This document shows positions 12,001-31,500 of a DNA stretch of 58,398 nt, piece after piece; the first letter of the stretch is position 1; each line of letters opens with the position of its first letter. The notes beneath the pieces are model-generated. The model searched no databases, was not told the DNA's origin, and saw only the letters and a program-made list of their open reading frames with translations. Made by a program: the position numbers and the translations under genes. Location: the NCBI GenBank assembly GCA_001655205.1, contig LPNZ01007939.1, positions 1-58,398 on the forward strand. Reading direction: 5' to 3'. This DNA is from Lenisia limosa. Taxonomy: Eukaryota; Protista; Breviatea.

Positions 12001-14490
12001 AGTCATTCAGCCCACCTCAAAGGAGCTGATCTGAGTAGACAAGTCAGCAAGAGAGTTCCGAAATTCTTCAGTTTCGTTTGCTGATGCCAAAACAGTCTGG
12101 GTGGAGTGAAGGCAAAATAAGCAGCAAAATGAGAAAAGTGCATTGAATGTTCATACTTATATGCTATAGCTATGATAGATATCATATGTACTAACTATAT
12201 CATATGTTTTAAAAAGTTGACTCATTATTTTCGGAGGGTCAAGGAACCCACTTGTTGGTTTGAGTCCGAGTGTCGGCTTTGTGAAGAGTCCAGTTCGGCC
12301 TTGAGTCGGAAAATTTCCTGGTGAATGAGTAGGCATCTTTTCGGTTCCAAAAACACCAGTGAAATCAGTGAGGGTTATACGCTTGTTTGTAACGAGGAAT
12401 TCACTCTGGTTCGAAAAAGACCGGTAAAACCTCGATAGTTTTTGTGATTGAGTCTTTTTTCCGACAGGAGTGAAGCCCTATTTGTATCCACCAATGAGCA
12501 TCACCGACCTTTTGAAGCGCTTGTACGTTGCCGATGGTGTCCCTGTTGATTTTGACCGTGTTCTTAATTGCCTTGCAACGGTTGGCAAACTGGAGCGTTG
12601 AAATGGTTTCGGCCAAGCATTGGATAGCCGGTGAGACACACGCAACAAGCATTGTACGCGCGCTGCCACCAAAAGAGTCCTATATGTTATCTTGATCTCA
12701 TGTGATGGAGGCCTACCTTAAGTAAAAAGGTGAGCTTGCTGTTCCTATAGGGGATATGTCTAGGTTTTCCACGTTGGGCTTCAACCAAGGCTGAAATGAC
12801 ATTTCCAAGAGAGGAGAGCGATCTGAGGAGTGAGTACAGCTACAAATTAGATACACACCTGTTAATCTGAGCGGCTTCCTTCAGTCTGACCCCTGACGCG
12901 GCCGTAAGTGCTTGTCTCTCCGAGCCGGCAAGATCCACAAGATTGAGTCTCGAACATGAAGTCGTTTGGACACCGTCAAGAGTTTCCTAATACGGTAACA
13001 AGGCTTGCTTCACTTATTGGATGGTGAAGCATAGAGCCGTGCCGACAGTGGAAATGACGTTGACAATGAAGATACTGTGGCTTCGGCTAGATTCCACGTT
13101 CATGGCGGTTGCACCAACTCTGCGGTTGACAGCTCCAGCTGTTTGGATCTAAGACGTGAGTGTCTGTGGAGGCAAACAGATAAGAAACGACAACACTAAG
13201 AATACGCAACAGTTAGGTAAGAGATGATACCTTCAATGCATCCTCGGGGTTAGAGATAGGCGCTTCTAAGAGCCCTTCAATGACAATGCCAACTTTAGTG
13301 TCCTCCCGCAAGGCTAACAAGTGAAATGATATCAACAACACTCAAAAATCTCCAAAGAGCCTACTCAAGGGAGTCGGGGCTGGTGAAAGAAGGTCTATCA
13401 CCCTCTCATTGTAGATTTCGACATACGAGGCGGTGATTTCGTGGCTGAGAGTGCCGTGAGCGGTTCGCTCCCGATCAGCACATTTGGCAAACAGCGCGTC
13501 CATAACTCTCTAAATGGTTGATCAGACTTGTAATCCGTACCAACCGGAGTGATGCCTCTCAATGTGGGGTCCAAAACAAAGGCGGGGGGGGGAGGAGGAT
13601 CTTCTTTCTCTTCTTCGTCTGAACCAGTCTCTTTTTCCTCTTCCTCAATTCCTTCATCCTCAGCATCCTTTTCCACCATTGGGCCTTGCATAGTGAACGT
13701 TTTGCCGGCACCAGTCTGCCCGTAAGCTACACTGGTGAGACGATGCATTGGTTTACGAAGAAAAGAGCAACATCACCCACCAAAAATAGTGGAATTGTAG
13801 CCGTCTAACACGTTTTCCACTGCAAACCTCCCAGTGTGAGCAAACACGGATGCCTAAAAGTCCTGATTAAAGCAGTTTAACGATATCATACGTAGAACAC
13901 CCACTAACCTGTCCTTCATGCTGGCGGAAAATGTGATCAAAAGTGTACTGCTTCCTTTCTAATCGCATAAAACTGATATTTACTAGGGCTTTGAAAAGTA
14001 TCGATATCAAATTCAGGTAACAATGAGCTGTAATTGGCACTGGTCATTAAAACCGTTGCTCCTGGTACCTTCCTTTTTTCCGTTGTGTGACACCCATTCA
14101 ATGGATTTGGCGTCATCCGAAATGAAAAGAGACTTTCTAGGGTATAAAAAATATATTCATAAAAACCAATGGATTATATAGTATAGTATATGAAATATAT
14201 ACGAATGCACATGTACATACGTATATGTGTACAACCCAGATAACCCAAAAAATGAAAACGGTTATATCTGAGAAAGCGTGTAGTGGCAATGGCCTGGTGA
14301 CCCCAAATAACAACTGTCACCCCTCCAGCCCCCAAACGTGGGAGAAAACTCCTGAGAACTCCGCGGCCGAACTCGAACGACGACACTGATACTAGCGTTT
14401 CTGTGGGGTTATCGTTACACCGACAGGAGCAAGGCCAATCCGAGACCAGCCAGGGGAAATTCACAAATCCACCAACTTTGAGTCGCTCAT
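6030..14490 (-). CDS. Kinesin motor with long coiled-coil tail, kinesin-12/KIF15-like; 3' end approximate
   Basis: Spliced N-terminus [17 protein letters not shown]; P-loop [15 protein letters not shown] (~13690-13730); [10 protein letters not shown]; [12 protein letters not shown]; [18 protein letters not shown]; [13 protein letters not shown]; MLVACVSP...[33 protein letters not shown] (neck resembles KIF15). About 6 kb of heptad-rich exons follow. Confidence 0.9.
11230..11328. mobile_element. hAT-like MITE family A, copy 1 (intronic, diverged)
   Basis: Left end agcttcacttcggttcaaaaa, right end tttttgaacc...tgaaatcctg; lies in a kinesin intron. Confidence 0.7.
12394..12480. mobile_element. 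hAT-like MITE family A, copy 2 (intronic)
   Basis: Ends gaggaattcactctggttcgaaaaa / ttttttccgacaggagtgaagcccta; flanks tttgtaac / tttgtatc (7/8 TSD). Confidence 0.8.
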
Positions 14491-14889
14491 TGGAGCTCTG
14501 GAGAGTTCTTTCACAGCAGTTTAACACCCATGTAATAGTAGTACCGTTTTGAAGATCTTCAGTTCGATGAATTGAGAGCAAACTTGGACCTAAGGTAAGT
14601 TTCCCAGAATTTTCTTCAGGAAATGGGTATAGTTTTCTAATAGTGTTCTGTTGCAGTGGAAGAGGTCCAAAAACAGCCCAAAAAATCCATCAAAAAGGAC
14701 TCCCCCGTCCCGTTACGAAGTTAGAACTTGAATGAAAAGCATTTTTGCTTGCCAACCATGCCAACTGAAATTTCTGTTATTTTTGATGAGCATATTAGTT
14801 GTATAAAAAGAATATAACCAAATCAGACAGTAATTAACTGATAAAGGCAATATATCTTGAGAAAACCGGGTTTTTTCGGAAACTAAGCC

Positions 14890-21527
<6,638 letters not shown>

Positions 21528-21647
21528 GGTGTCTGGTTTTGTACAGTATTGATGGATGGATGTATAGTATTCGTATTATTGTAACTGTGGTACCCTACGC
21601 TGGCTTGGTCTTGATGAACTAAATGCTAATCGAAAGACGTAGAAAAA

Positions 21648-24109
21648 CTAAAGCCCATTTTCCTGGAAGAAACGGGTGTTGACCGGAGCGAAGAAGCGGA
21701 CGATGACACCGATTGGGGCAGAGGGGGTGTGCCGAGGATGGGGTAGTTGTCTTCTGACCTGAGGGGTTAGAACGGACACCATTTTGTCCATCTTGCCTCC
21801 ACCAACCCATCATCATCGAAATGTTCTTCACCATCTTCCTGCGTTATCTGAATGTTCTTGACGAGTGGCGAGAGAATGTTGCGCAAGGAGTCGTCCCAAG
21901 CCCGCATTACTGACTCCAATAACTCACGACTTCGCTTGGCTGAGATGTGACAAGACTGAAAACATCGAATATGATTTGGGATACAATATCGACAAAACGA
22001 CTAGGCCCTTTGTACCTTCCGCCTGGCCATACTCCTTGATCTGTGCTGCAAGCTCCTTCTCTTCCTTCTCTGCCGCACCCAAAAGACTGGCTAGCTGCAC
22101 GAAATAAGACCACGGAAACCTGTCAATTACCTGTCTCTCAGAAGGCCTTCCGAGCCCGCCGGTCCGGGCTGTTGAACTTGTGCTATAGAGGCTTCCTAGT
22201 ACATGAGTCATATAAACACCGTTGATTACCATTGTTTTTAAATAGTCTCATGTTATCCCACTATTTTTCATACCAGCCCTCGTACCCGATTCACTGACAG
22301 ACGAGTTTAGGGTCTGTGGAGAAAACGGCGATGCAGAGGTGGCGACATACGGTGGGTCGGGAGGAGACAACGGGCCCTGGGAAGTGCCTGCAAGGGCCCT
22401 GGCAAGGTCGGAACGGAGCTCCTCATAGAATTGTGTGGACGTCTCCTGCAGGGTTTAGAAACAATCAAAAATATTAAGACGGGGGAATGGTAACAACATA
22501 CCAGAACAGCAATCATTGTCTCTGAGGAACCGGAGCTTTTGCTCTTCAAAAGATTGGTTCGGAGGGAGGGAGCACGGGATCGGTTAAGTTTGGTGAGTGC
22601 CGTGTTTTTGGGTTCTTGAGTATGGATGGGTGATGGGTGATTTTGGGGTCTAAAGAGTTATGAACCGCATTCAGCAATTTGACCGAATCCCGACAAACGG
22701 TGATGCAACTTGTTTTGGCTTTTTCTTGGCTGCAATTCGAGAGTGGGAATACACCACCGCTTGCCGTACCAAATGTGATACAGCCGTTGAACACGCATTT
22801 CCTGAATAATCAGGGTCGATACGTAACAGAACAATATGAGGGGCATAAAGGAAGGACGAACCTGATCAAGGGGGTAACAGTAGTATATTTCTTCATACAC
22901 GATAGTGTAAAGACTAAATCAAAAATATAGAATTGAATACAAGCTTACCAATTTTTGCAGAAGTTAAGGCCACAGTAAACTTTTCATGGTTCTCAGAAAA
23001 CTAAACCGTCACACAACCACGCGTTTCATACCTCGGCAAGGTTCTGTGTAGTGAGCATGTGGTCAGGCAAGTCCGACTTGTTGGCCACAAGCATCATCGG
23101 AGGAACATGACCTTCATTAACCTGTAGAACTTTAGCCAACCCAGATCAATTATTACATCTAACCTCAGAAATGAGAACCCAAATACTGCACCAATTCGGC
23201 AATATAGTCCCATATCATACCCCTCTCAAGAGAGCAATCCACTTATCAGCCTCGGCAACGCTTTCTCGAGACGTGACGTCGCAAACCACCATGATGCCGT
23301 CGGACCTTTTGCTCAACAGGCCGGGAAGACTACTATCCAGTTCACGATGGCTACAATGTCAGCTGGAAGGGACAGAATGGCATCATATCCATGGTCACCT
23401 CATGTCATCAAAGGAAACCAAGGCATCGGTGCAGTTCTCTGGCAACGCGTCAAGAACCGGAAGTTGAAGCCCTCTGGTTAGTCAGAACATGGGACATACC
23501 CAGTTACTGGTATAATAATATACATATTATAATATAGTAGAGTATTATATCATAAAGCTATACAGTATGATATTATGTATTGCTCAAAGATCGAATCATC
23601 CACTATTTACAGATGGCCCAAACCACCCAAGCATACACTATGTCTACTATGCCCCTCACTTTTCTTTGTTTTGGAAGGGCTTCTTCATGTTCGACTTGAC
23701 AGAGATGCGGTCGACAGCGACCGTCGGCTTGTAGACATTGGAGAACGCGTTGTGAGTGAACCGGCCCAGAATTGATGTCCTACGAAGGGATGAAAACCAA
23801 GTAACAATGATTCTGCCACTTTTCCACAATAACATAGACATCCCAAAAAAAGAAACTCAGATTTCAGTATGATCTCCCAAACATACTTTCCTGATGCCTC
23901 TCCACCAACCACCTAAAAGGGTCAGCAGGCAATTCATTTATATGTTTGTCTGTTCAAATACATTTGTGTTTAACTGCAACAATAATTCCAAAAATATTTT
24001 ATTGTTCTCAGAAAAAACATGGCATGATTTTTTCCAAAAACATCAAGGCGCTTACAAGAATCCTAACAAGGCTCTTTGGAGATAGCAGAGGTTCGAGAAC
24101 GTGCCTCAT
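21648..24109 (-). CDS. Atypical Rab-like small GTPase with C-terminal extension; start and stop approximate
   Basis: Spliced motifs: RILVVGGEASGKTSILGRFTHNAFSNVYKPTVAVD (G1/G2), LQLPVLDALPE (altered G3), DGIMVVCDVTSRESVAEADKWI, MMLVANKSD (G4), FTVALTSAK (G5). Further exons extend to ~21650. Confidence 0.75.
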
Positions 24110-24454
24110 TACAGCGTCCAGCGAGTTGAAACTATCACTTCGATTTCAACAAAGGAGATGTAATCTTGATAATTACTGATTTACTGATACCCTGAAATGG
24201 ACTGTAGTTGAGGTACCAGGGTGAAGCGCAATTGAATGGTGAAGGTGAGATTGGGCGACTGATGGAGTACACTCTTTTTTGTAATGATGTTTAATACATC
24301 AATAAAAATAGTACTGAAACTTGATATAGAGGGGAAAGGAAGGGGCAATGGCACAAATGGCTGCAAATGGCAATGTGACAATTTGGAGAAGCGGAGTACG
24401 CGACCGTAGTATTTCACTGCACAATTTTCAAAAATTTGGTCTCTTTCAGACATC

Positions 24455-25492
24455 ATGGACTTTGGTAGTATTATTCAGTTCGGTGCGATCATCCTTGTGA
24501 TGAAGAATGTCGATTTTAACGACGATGACACTTTCCAAATGGCGATTCAAGCGTGTATCGTTGTTGCCGTAGCTCTTGCCACTATTCTCTTCATCGTTAA
24601 GAACAAGGTAAACGCGAGGAGCAGATTTTTTTCCTATCCCAACTCTATTCAAGAAATATTTGACGTCATTCCATTTTGATTCAACCCTCTAGATTGAGGC
24701 CAAGAACGACCAGGAAAAGATTACTGTTGCCCCTGCCAAGCAGCCATTCCAAGAAACTACGGACGAGGAGCCAGTTGAGATGACTGTCTGTCAACATGAC
24801 TTGGATGCTCTTCAGCGCGAGGTCAAGCAGCTCCTGACTGGCGCTCTTATCAGTGGCTCTATTTGCTGTATGTGGGGTTTCTGTCCGGCTGCCTTATGTA
24901 TTGCCATATTGGACAGAGAAAATCACACGAGCAACTTCAGGCACTCCATAATTGTAATCACATTGTGGCTCGTGACCGACTTTCTAGATTTCTTTGACGT
25001 TCGTACTGTTGTTGGAATCCAGGCCATCACTGTTCCCCTTCGTATTTGCGTGGGTTGGGTACAGATAACACGTCTTGTTGCCTTTTAGTATCACAGCCTT
25101 ACTCTACAGCAAAGTTCGGTTGTTATGGTCCATATGTTTGGTCGCCCCGCTGAAGGCAAGCAAGCCCGTCCCTGGACTGGTATGCGCGGTGGTTGTTGTG
25201 TCAACTATCCTGGTGTTTCTACCCCATACTTCTTATTGAACAGAGAAGAGCCCTCTTTCAGGCCTCTTCGGCAGTGACAAGATTGACGAGAACACTGAGA
25301 GTTTGTGGGGGAAAGCTGGGCTTCCAAGACTATTCATGCTAACGGTCCTCTAATGGAGTAGAGCTGAAGGCGCGCAGCGAGTCTATTGGAAGCGCTAAGG
25401 TGACAGAACTTGCCGATGAGGAGATCGTGGAAGAGGACACCCAGGAGGAGGTCGAGAACGAAGGCATCCCCATCATGAAGGAAAACGAGTAA
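24455..25492 (+). CDS. PHO88: Pho88/Snd3-family ER membrane protein (SRP-independent targeting)
   Basis: Hydrophobic N-terminal helices; EMTVCQHDLDALQREVKQLLTGALI (like the Pho88 TV.EYD segment); VGIQAITVPL; HMFGRPAEGKQARPW (like the family HLFG...LKRPW end); acidic tail; TAA at 25490-25492. Called by motif recall, not by search. Confidence 0.78.
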
Positions 25493-25602
25493 ATGGTAGA
25501 TTTAATGCATGTATATTAGGATATTTGGTTGTGAGTTGCTCTGTTCGCTGAATACCAAGTTTGAAAATGTGAAAGTAAATATAAGAAAGAAAAAAAACAG
25601 AA

Positions 25603-28180
25603 CTAGGCATTGATGCCAGCGCAGCGATATGAAATAAGGTTGTCTGACACCTTGAAGTCAGCCTCGGTCCTGGCCTTAAGGTCTTCCATGGAGCTGGGAT
25701 GTCAGAGAAATGGGAAAATTGGAAAACACTGCAAGCACATATTAGGGGTTGGGAGAATGCAACTTGATAAAAAGAGCAAAGAAGAAAAAGGCTCACATAT
25801 CGTCTCTCTTCTCAACAAGGGTGAGTCCGCCGTTCTCGCGGTCGACATCGAAAACACACAGGTCAGTGATGACACGTGACACCACGTTGGCGCCAGTAAG
25901 AGGGAGGGTACAGGCCTGGGCGGTCAGAGTGGAACTAGCCAAGAGATAACCCGTGAGGGTCATAGCAGACCTTGAGAATCTTGGAGCGGCCCTTCTTGTC
26001 GCAATGGTCCATAGTGATGACGACACGGGAGCCGGAAGAAACGAGGTCCATAGCGCCACCCATGCCCTTAACCATGACACGAGGAATCATCCAGTTGGCA
26101 AGGTCTCCGTTCTCAGCAACTTGCATGCCTCCGAGGACGGACCTGGGGGGGGGGCAGGGNNNNNNNNNNNNNNNNNNNNNNNNNNNNNNNNNNNNNNNNN
26201 NNNNNNNNNNNNNNNNNNNNNNNNNNNNNNNNNNNNNNNNNNNNNNNAAAAACAGATTGTTATTAGTGCCCTTCCCCCTTCTTACATGGCAACATGCTGT
26301 CCTCTGATCATGCCGAAGGAAGAGGGAGAGTCGAAAGACGCAGCACCAGCGGCGGGAGTAGTAGTCTCGCAACCAGCGTTGACAAGATCGGGGTCGACCT
26401 CAGACTCAGTGGGGTAGGGGCCCTGGGAGGTAAGCAAGGTGCTTCAAAAAGCGGAGAGCAACACTAGCAACATAAAACAAAAACAAAACAAAAAAAATGT
26501 TATCCGCCTACAAGGCCAAGGATTCCGTTCTCGGACTGGAGCTTGATGTTGATGCCGTCGGGAATGAAGTTGGCGGACATGGTTGGCATGCCGATGCCAA
26601 GGTTGACGTACATGCCATCTTGGAACTCCAAAGCGCAGCGACGGGCAATGAGCTCTGAAGTGTGGTGAGTTAAAGCAAAGATCGCAAGCACCAAGAATGA
26701 AACCATGGCGCTGCTCACCTCTGTTGGAAAGTTCCTTGAGCTCCTTAGTGACGACCTCCTTCTTCTCACCCTCAACAGTCTCCTTGCGAGTGCACTTGTT
26801 AAGAACAAGCTTCTCATACCTAAAGTGTCAGGCTAGGGACAAAATACCCCCTCCATCGGTCTGAAGCAGCTCATACTTGGGGGCCTGGTAGATTCTGTCG
26901 ACGTAGATGCCCGGGACGTGGACCTCGTCGGGGGAAATCTCGCCGGCGGGGACAATCTCCTCAACCTCAGCGACGACAAGCTACACGGTGAGAAAACCAA
27001 ATGAGAAGGCGATAGGGAGTAAAATTGGAAAAAACTTATGAAACAAAGAAAAAGNNNNNNNNNNNNNNNNNNNNNNNNNNNNNNNNNNNNNNNNNNNNNN
27101 NNNNNNNNNNNNNNNNNNNNNNNNNNNNNNNNNNNNNNNNNNNNNNNNNNNNNNNNNCTTGCAAGCAGTGGCCATGGCGGGGTTGAAGTTACGGGCAGTG
27201 TAGCGGAACACAAGGTTACCCTCGGAGTCAGCCTTCCAGGCCTGGAACGTAAAAGGAAGCATTACACAATCATGTCTTTTCAAAATAACATACCAAATCC
27301 GAACCAACAAAACAACATTGTTTGCATCACGCACCACCCATCCCTTGGACCTTGAGAAGAGCAACATCACCGGTGAGGGCCTCCTCCATGAGGTACTTGC
27401 GTCCCTTGAACTCACGAACCTCGCGAGGCTGGATGTGTGAAAAGGCATATCCTTCCAGAAGATTCCATAGACCTTCGCTTACCTTGGACTCCTCGATCAC
27501 ATTGCCCTCGGCGTCATAGCGGATGGGGAAGCCTCCCTTCTCGATCACGGTTCCGACAGCAGTGGGAGTGTAGAAAGCGGGAATGCCAGCTCCGCCAGCA
27601 CGGATACGCTCAGCAAGAGAACCCTAATCCGATAAATCCGAGCCTTATCAATCCTGCCAACAACATACCGACAGAAATGTTGTTGTTGTTTTACTGAAAT
27701 GTGATACAGTCAAACAGAATAATGCAGAAGAAGGGGAAGAAAAGCTCATAAGCAAACCTGAGGGATCAGCTCAATACCGACATCACCAGCCATGTATTGG
27801 GACGAGACTTCCTTCCTAAACAGTTTTATTTGAACAAAAGGGTACACATATCTGATAAATCTATCAAAAGCTCAAGTACAACACTCTCCCGGCCTACGAA
27901 AACCAAATGCCAGAGAGGATAGACTTGCGAATCTGCTTGTTGGGAAGAAGAATGGCCAATCCATAAGTATCAGTACCAATATCGTTGGAGATAGTAAGAA
28001 GGTCTTTGACACCAGTGTCACGAACCGCTTCAATCAGCTTCTCAGGGATTCCACAAGGTCCAAAACCTAAGAATATGACATTTATATCAACAAAAATCAA
28101 CACATACCGCCAGACATGATAGTCATTCCTGACTCCACACCGACAATGGCCTCAGCAGCTGAGCTAACGATCTTTGACAT
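25603..28180 (-). CDS. OXCT1: Succinyl-CoA:3-oxoacid CoA-transferase (SCOT; family I, ASCT subtype 1A-like), fused alpha/beta chain
   Basis: [13 protein letters not shown]; [30 protein letters not shown]; [22 protein letters not shown]; [10 protein letters not shown]; [12 protein letters not shown]; catalytic LQSENG (~26520-26540); [19 protein letters not shown]; CTLPLTG; TAG at 25603-25605. Confidence 0.95.
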
Positions 28181-28579
28181 GATGTTCCTTACTAAATAAA
28201 CAAGAAAAACAACAAAAAACGCCAAAAATTTTCCTTTAAATACTCAAGTATATAAATACCACATGTCAGTTAATAACCGCCCCTTTGCTTCTTATCCACC
28301 TCTTTTCCTTGCTTATGAACTGGAGAGTTTAATTTAACATATTATATCATTATCTGAAAGGCAAAGGCAATTTTGACTTTTGACATCAAGGGCACTGTGA
28401 ACACTCGCTTCAAGACTGCTGTGCCGGCCATTCAGCGCCGTCGAACGCGGAATTTGAATCTTTGTTAAGTATCAGTCAACATGTAATAGAGATACGTGGT
28501 TCACTTCAATCCATTATGGTCACTTTATTCCTGTTGAGTCTTAGTCGCTCCGTTTAGTTCTTCCACAGTTATCAGTCAA

Positions 28580-31500
28580 ATGGGAAGAACACGGTCTTCC
28601 CCCAAGAAGAAGGGACCAGAGTATGCGACCCTCGTAAATGTTCAATGACTGTGTTGTTGTAGTGGGTTAGCTGACATTGTAGTTTGAACTCTGTTATTGA
28701 TGACGTTGATCTCTCCAACTCTGATGATGACGTTGACAACTTCCTGATTGATGATGAAGATGACATTGATTTGCAGAAGCTGCTCCAAAAGGTTGGAACA
28801 GCTGTACAAAAGAACGCTTATATGTCTTGATTGATGTTGTCAGAGTGTTGGACAACTTGGACACATGGACTCGGTTGCTGAGCTGCTCAAAGCCGATGCT
28901 GACGATGGTGGGATACTTTAGCGCCATACCGTAACTCTCTCTCTCTCTGTGTGTGTGTCATTAATCAGAAATGTGTGCTCTGTGAAGAGTATGGTATTGT
29001 ATTATTATATCAGTAAGCTCGAATTTCTCAAGTCCATGAAAGTGTGTCGAAATGTTAAACTAATGGAACAGTTGATGCGTTCATGTCCTCTTTGGATGTC
29101 GGCGGTGACGATGACACGTCGTCCGCTCTCCAGGCTGTTCTTGGGGTGGGCATTGGGTACTCTGGGGGGCACGCATGGCTTCGGCTCGATACTATGTTTT
29201 TTTTCTCAATTCTACATGTTTATAAGGCAAATGGGGGTGAAATTGTATTGTTATTATATTCCAAATATATCTTGAGATGATTTGGACTTCGGCTGAAACA
29301 ATATTGTATTCTCAGTACTCAAACCACAGGATGTTGCTGCGATTTTAGAAGACCCTCCATCTCCCAGCCCCGAGGTTCTTTTGGAGGTGACAACCGAGCC
29401 CGAAGAAACGGTTGCTGAGTCTTGTGAGAAGTCTTCCGAGTCTCCTTCCGCCGCCACCCCGGTTGCATCGCCACCATCAGAACTACCAGATAACACCAAA
29501 GAGCCACCGGCGGCCTCGGAGGAGCGGCAGAGGTATTTGCAGGCTCGCGGCGGGCGTGGGCGAAGGAAGTCTCTGTGGGAAGGGTCCCCGCTGCAAGCTT
29601 TATATGGGCAGGTCAATAAGGAGAAGGAGGATCTCAGGAAGGAGGAAGAGGAAAGGTTGAAAAAGGAGGAAGAAGAAAGGAAGAAGAAAGAGGAAGAGGA
29701 AAGGTTGAAAAGGGAAGAAGAAGAAAAGTTGAAGAAAGAGGAAAAGGAAAAGTTGAAAAAGGAAGAAGAGGAAAAGTTGAAAAAGGAGGAAAAAGAAAGG
29801 TTGAAGAAAGCGGAAGAGGAAAGATTGAAAAGGGAAGAAGAAGAAAGGTTGAAGAAAGAGGAAGAGGAAAAGTTGAAAAAGGAGGATGATGAAAGGTTGA
29901 AGAAAGAGGAAGAGGAAAGATTGGAAAAGGAAGAAGCAGAAAGGTTGAAGAAAGAGGAAGAGGAAAAGTTGAAAAAGGAGGATGATGAAAGGTTGAAGAA
30001 AGAGGAAGAGGAAAGATTGAAAAAGGAAGAAGCAGAAGGACTGAAAAAGGAGGAGGAAAGACTGAAAAGGGAAGAAGAAAAAAATGAAGAAGAAAGATTG
30101 GAACAAAAAGAAGAAACAAGAAATGAAGAAGAAAAGGAAAGTCACCAAGGGGAAGAGTATGCAAAGGAAGAAGCGAAACAACATGAAGAAGAGGAAAAGA
30201 AGGAAGAGAAATATGAAGAAGGAGAGGAAGAGAAGAAAGAAGAGTTATGTAAAGAACAGGAAGAAAATGTTGATGATGCAATAAAGGATGAAAAAGATGA
30301 GGCAGAGGAAAATCATGATGATAAGAGCCAAGAAACAAAGGTTCTTACTGTGGAAAACGCCACCCAGGAGGCCGGCCAGCCCCAAGAATCATCCGATTCG
30401 AACCGGGGCGAAGACCATGATGTTCCCAACATTAGGATGCTCAAGCCCCTTGTATCCCGAACGACAAACTCTGACACCATGGCGTCCGCACAACATTGGG
30501 AAGAAATGCCGTCGGCAACAGACCGACCGTTTTGCCTGGACCTTCCGAGCAGCTCGGTTGAAGGAGACAATCTGCTTGAAGTCGGCTTGATTCGGCCCAT
30601 GTCAGTCTCACCCCTGCCTCCTGATGCTCCGCTACAGGCTGGTTCGACTTCCTTGGTTTCCTTGTCCGACTCGGGTGCTGACGAAGGCGTCACCAACATG
30701 CCTTTTGAGCTGCATAGCAGCGCCGAAGAACGCACGCTGACGCCAACAACGCCTACTACTCCCGGCGGCTCACACTACCGCCACTCATCCTCAGCCAATG
30801 TGATTGGGGCACTAGCGCCCTTGGTGGAGGAGGGCGCGGCCGGGGACGTCACCTCTCCCGTTCCACCACCCAAAGCGAGCTCTAAAACACTGTGGGGGAG
30901 GGGGGGGGCTTTGAGAATTTTGTATCAACTCAGCTGGGTTTAATTGTGTATCATAGAAATCAAGCACTCATCTTTTAGAAAACGACTGAATAGTGACCCT
31001 TCGATCAAGATAATTACAAACCAAGGCACCAACTCCCCTCCTCTCGCATCTCCCCTCACGGTACTTCGGGGGTCTTGTCATATTTCATCTATTCTGTTAA
31101 CACGGACCAAACGCACATTTGCTCCATCTCCTCACTATTCAGAAAAACTACAGTCGTGAAAGAAGCCAATCTGTGACTGCCCAACACATGTCTCTTCAAA
31201 ATGTACCAGACCCGTTCTTTGGCAAGGAAACCCCTCCGCCAGGTAAGATTGACAGTCTCAACAGCAAAAAAATATTGTCAGGTAATACAGTTGGCATTTG
31301 TGACGCTTCAGGTTCGCAGTCGGCGCGAAGCCTCCGGCGAAGAGCCTCGGTTGCGGTCGAGAGCTCAGGGTTCTTGAGGAAACTGGAAATGTCACGACAC
31401 AAGAAGGACGAAATGGAGCTGTCTTCGAGTGATGAGTATGGGGCTGTCTTTGAGGGATGCACTATGGAAGAACAGCGTATCTCTTAGAGGCGTGATGATG

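Noticed and set aside
28572-28927. Small minus-strand ORFs next to SCOT
   Set aside because: They are antisense to the first acidic exons of the + strand gene starting at 28580.
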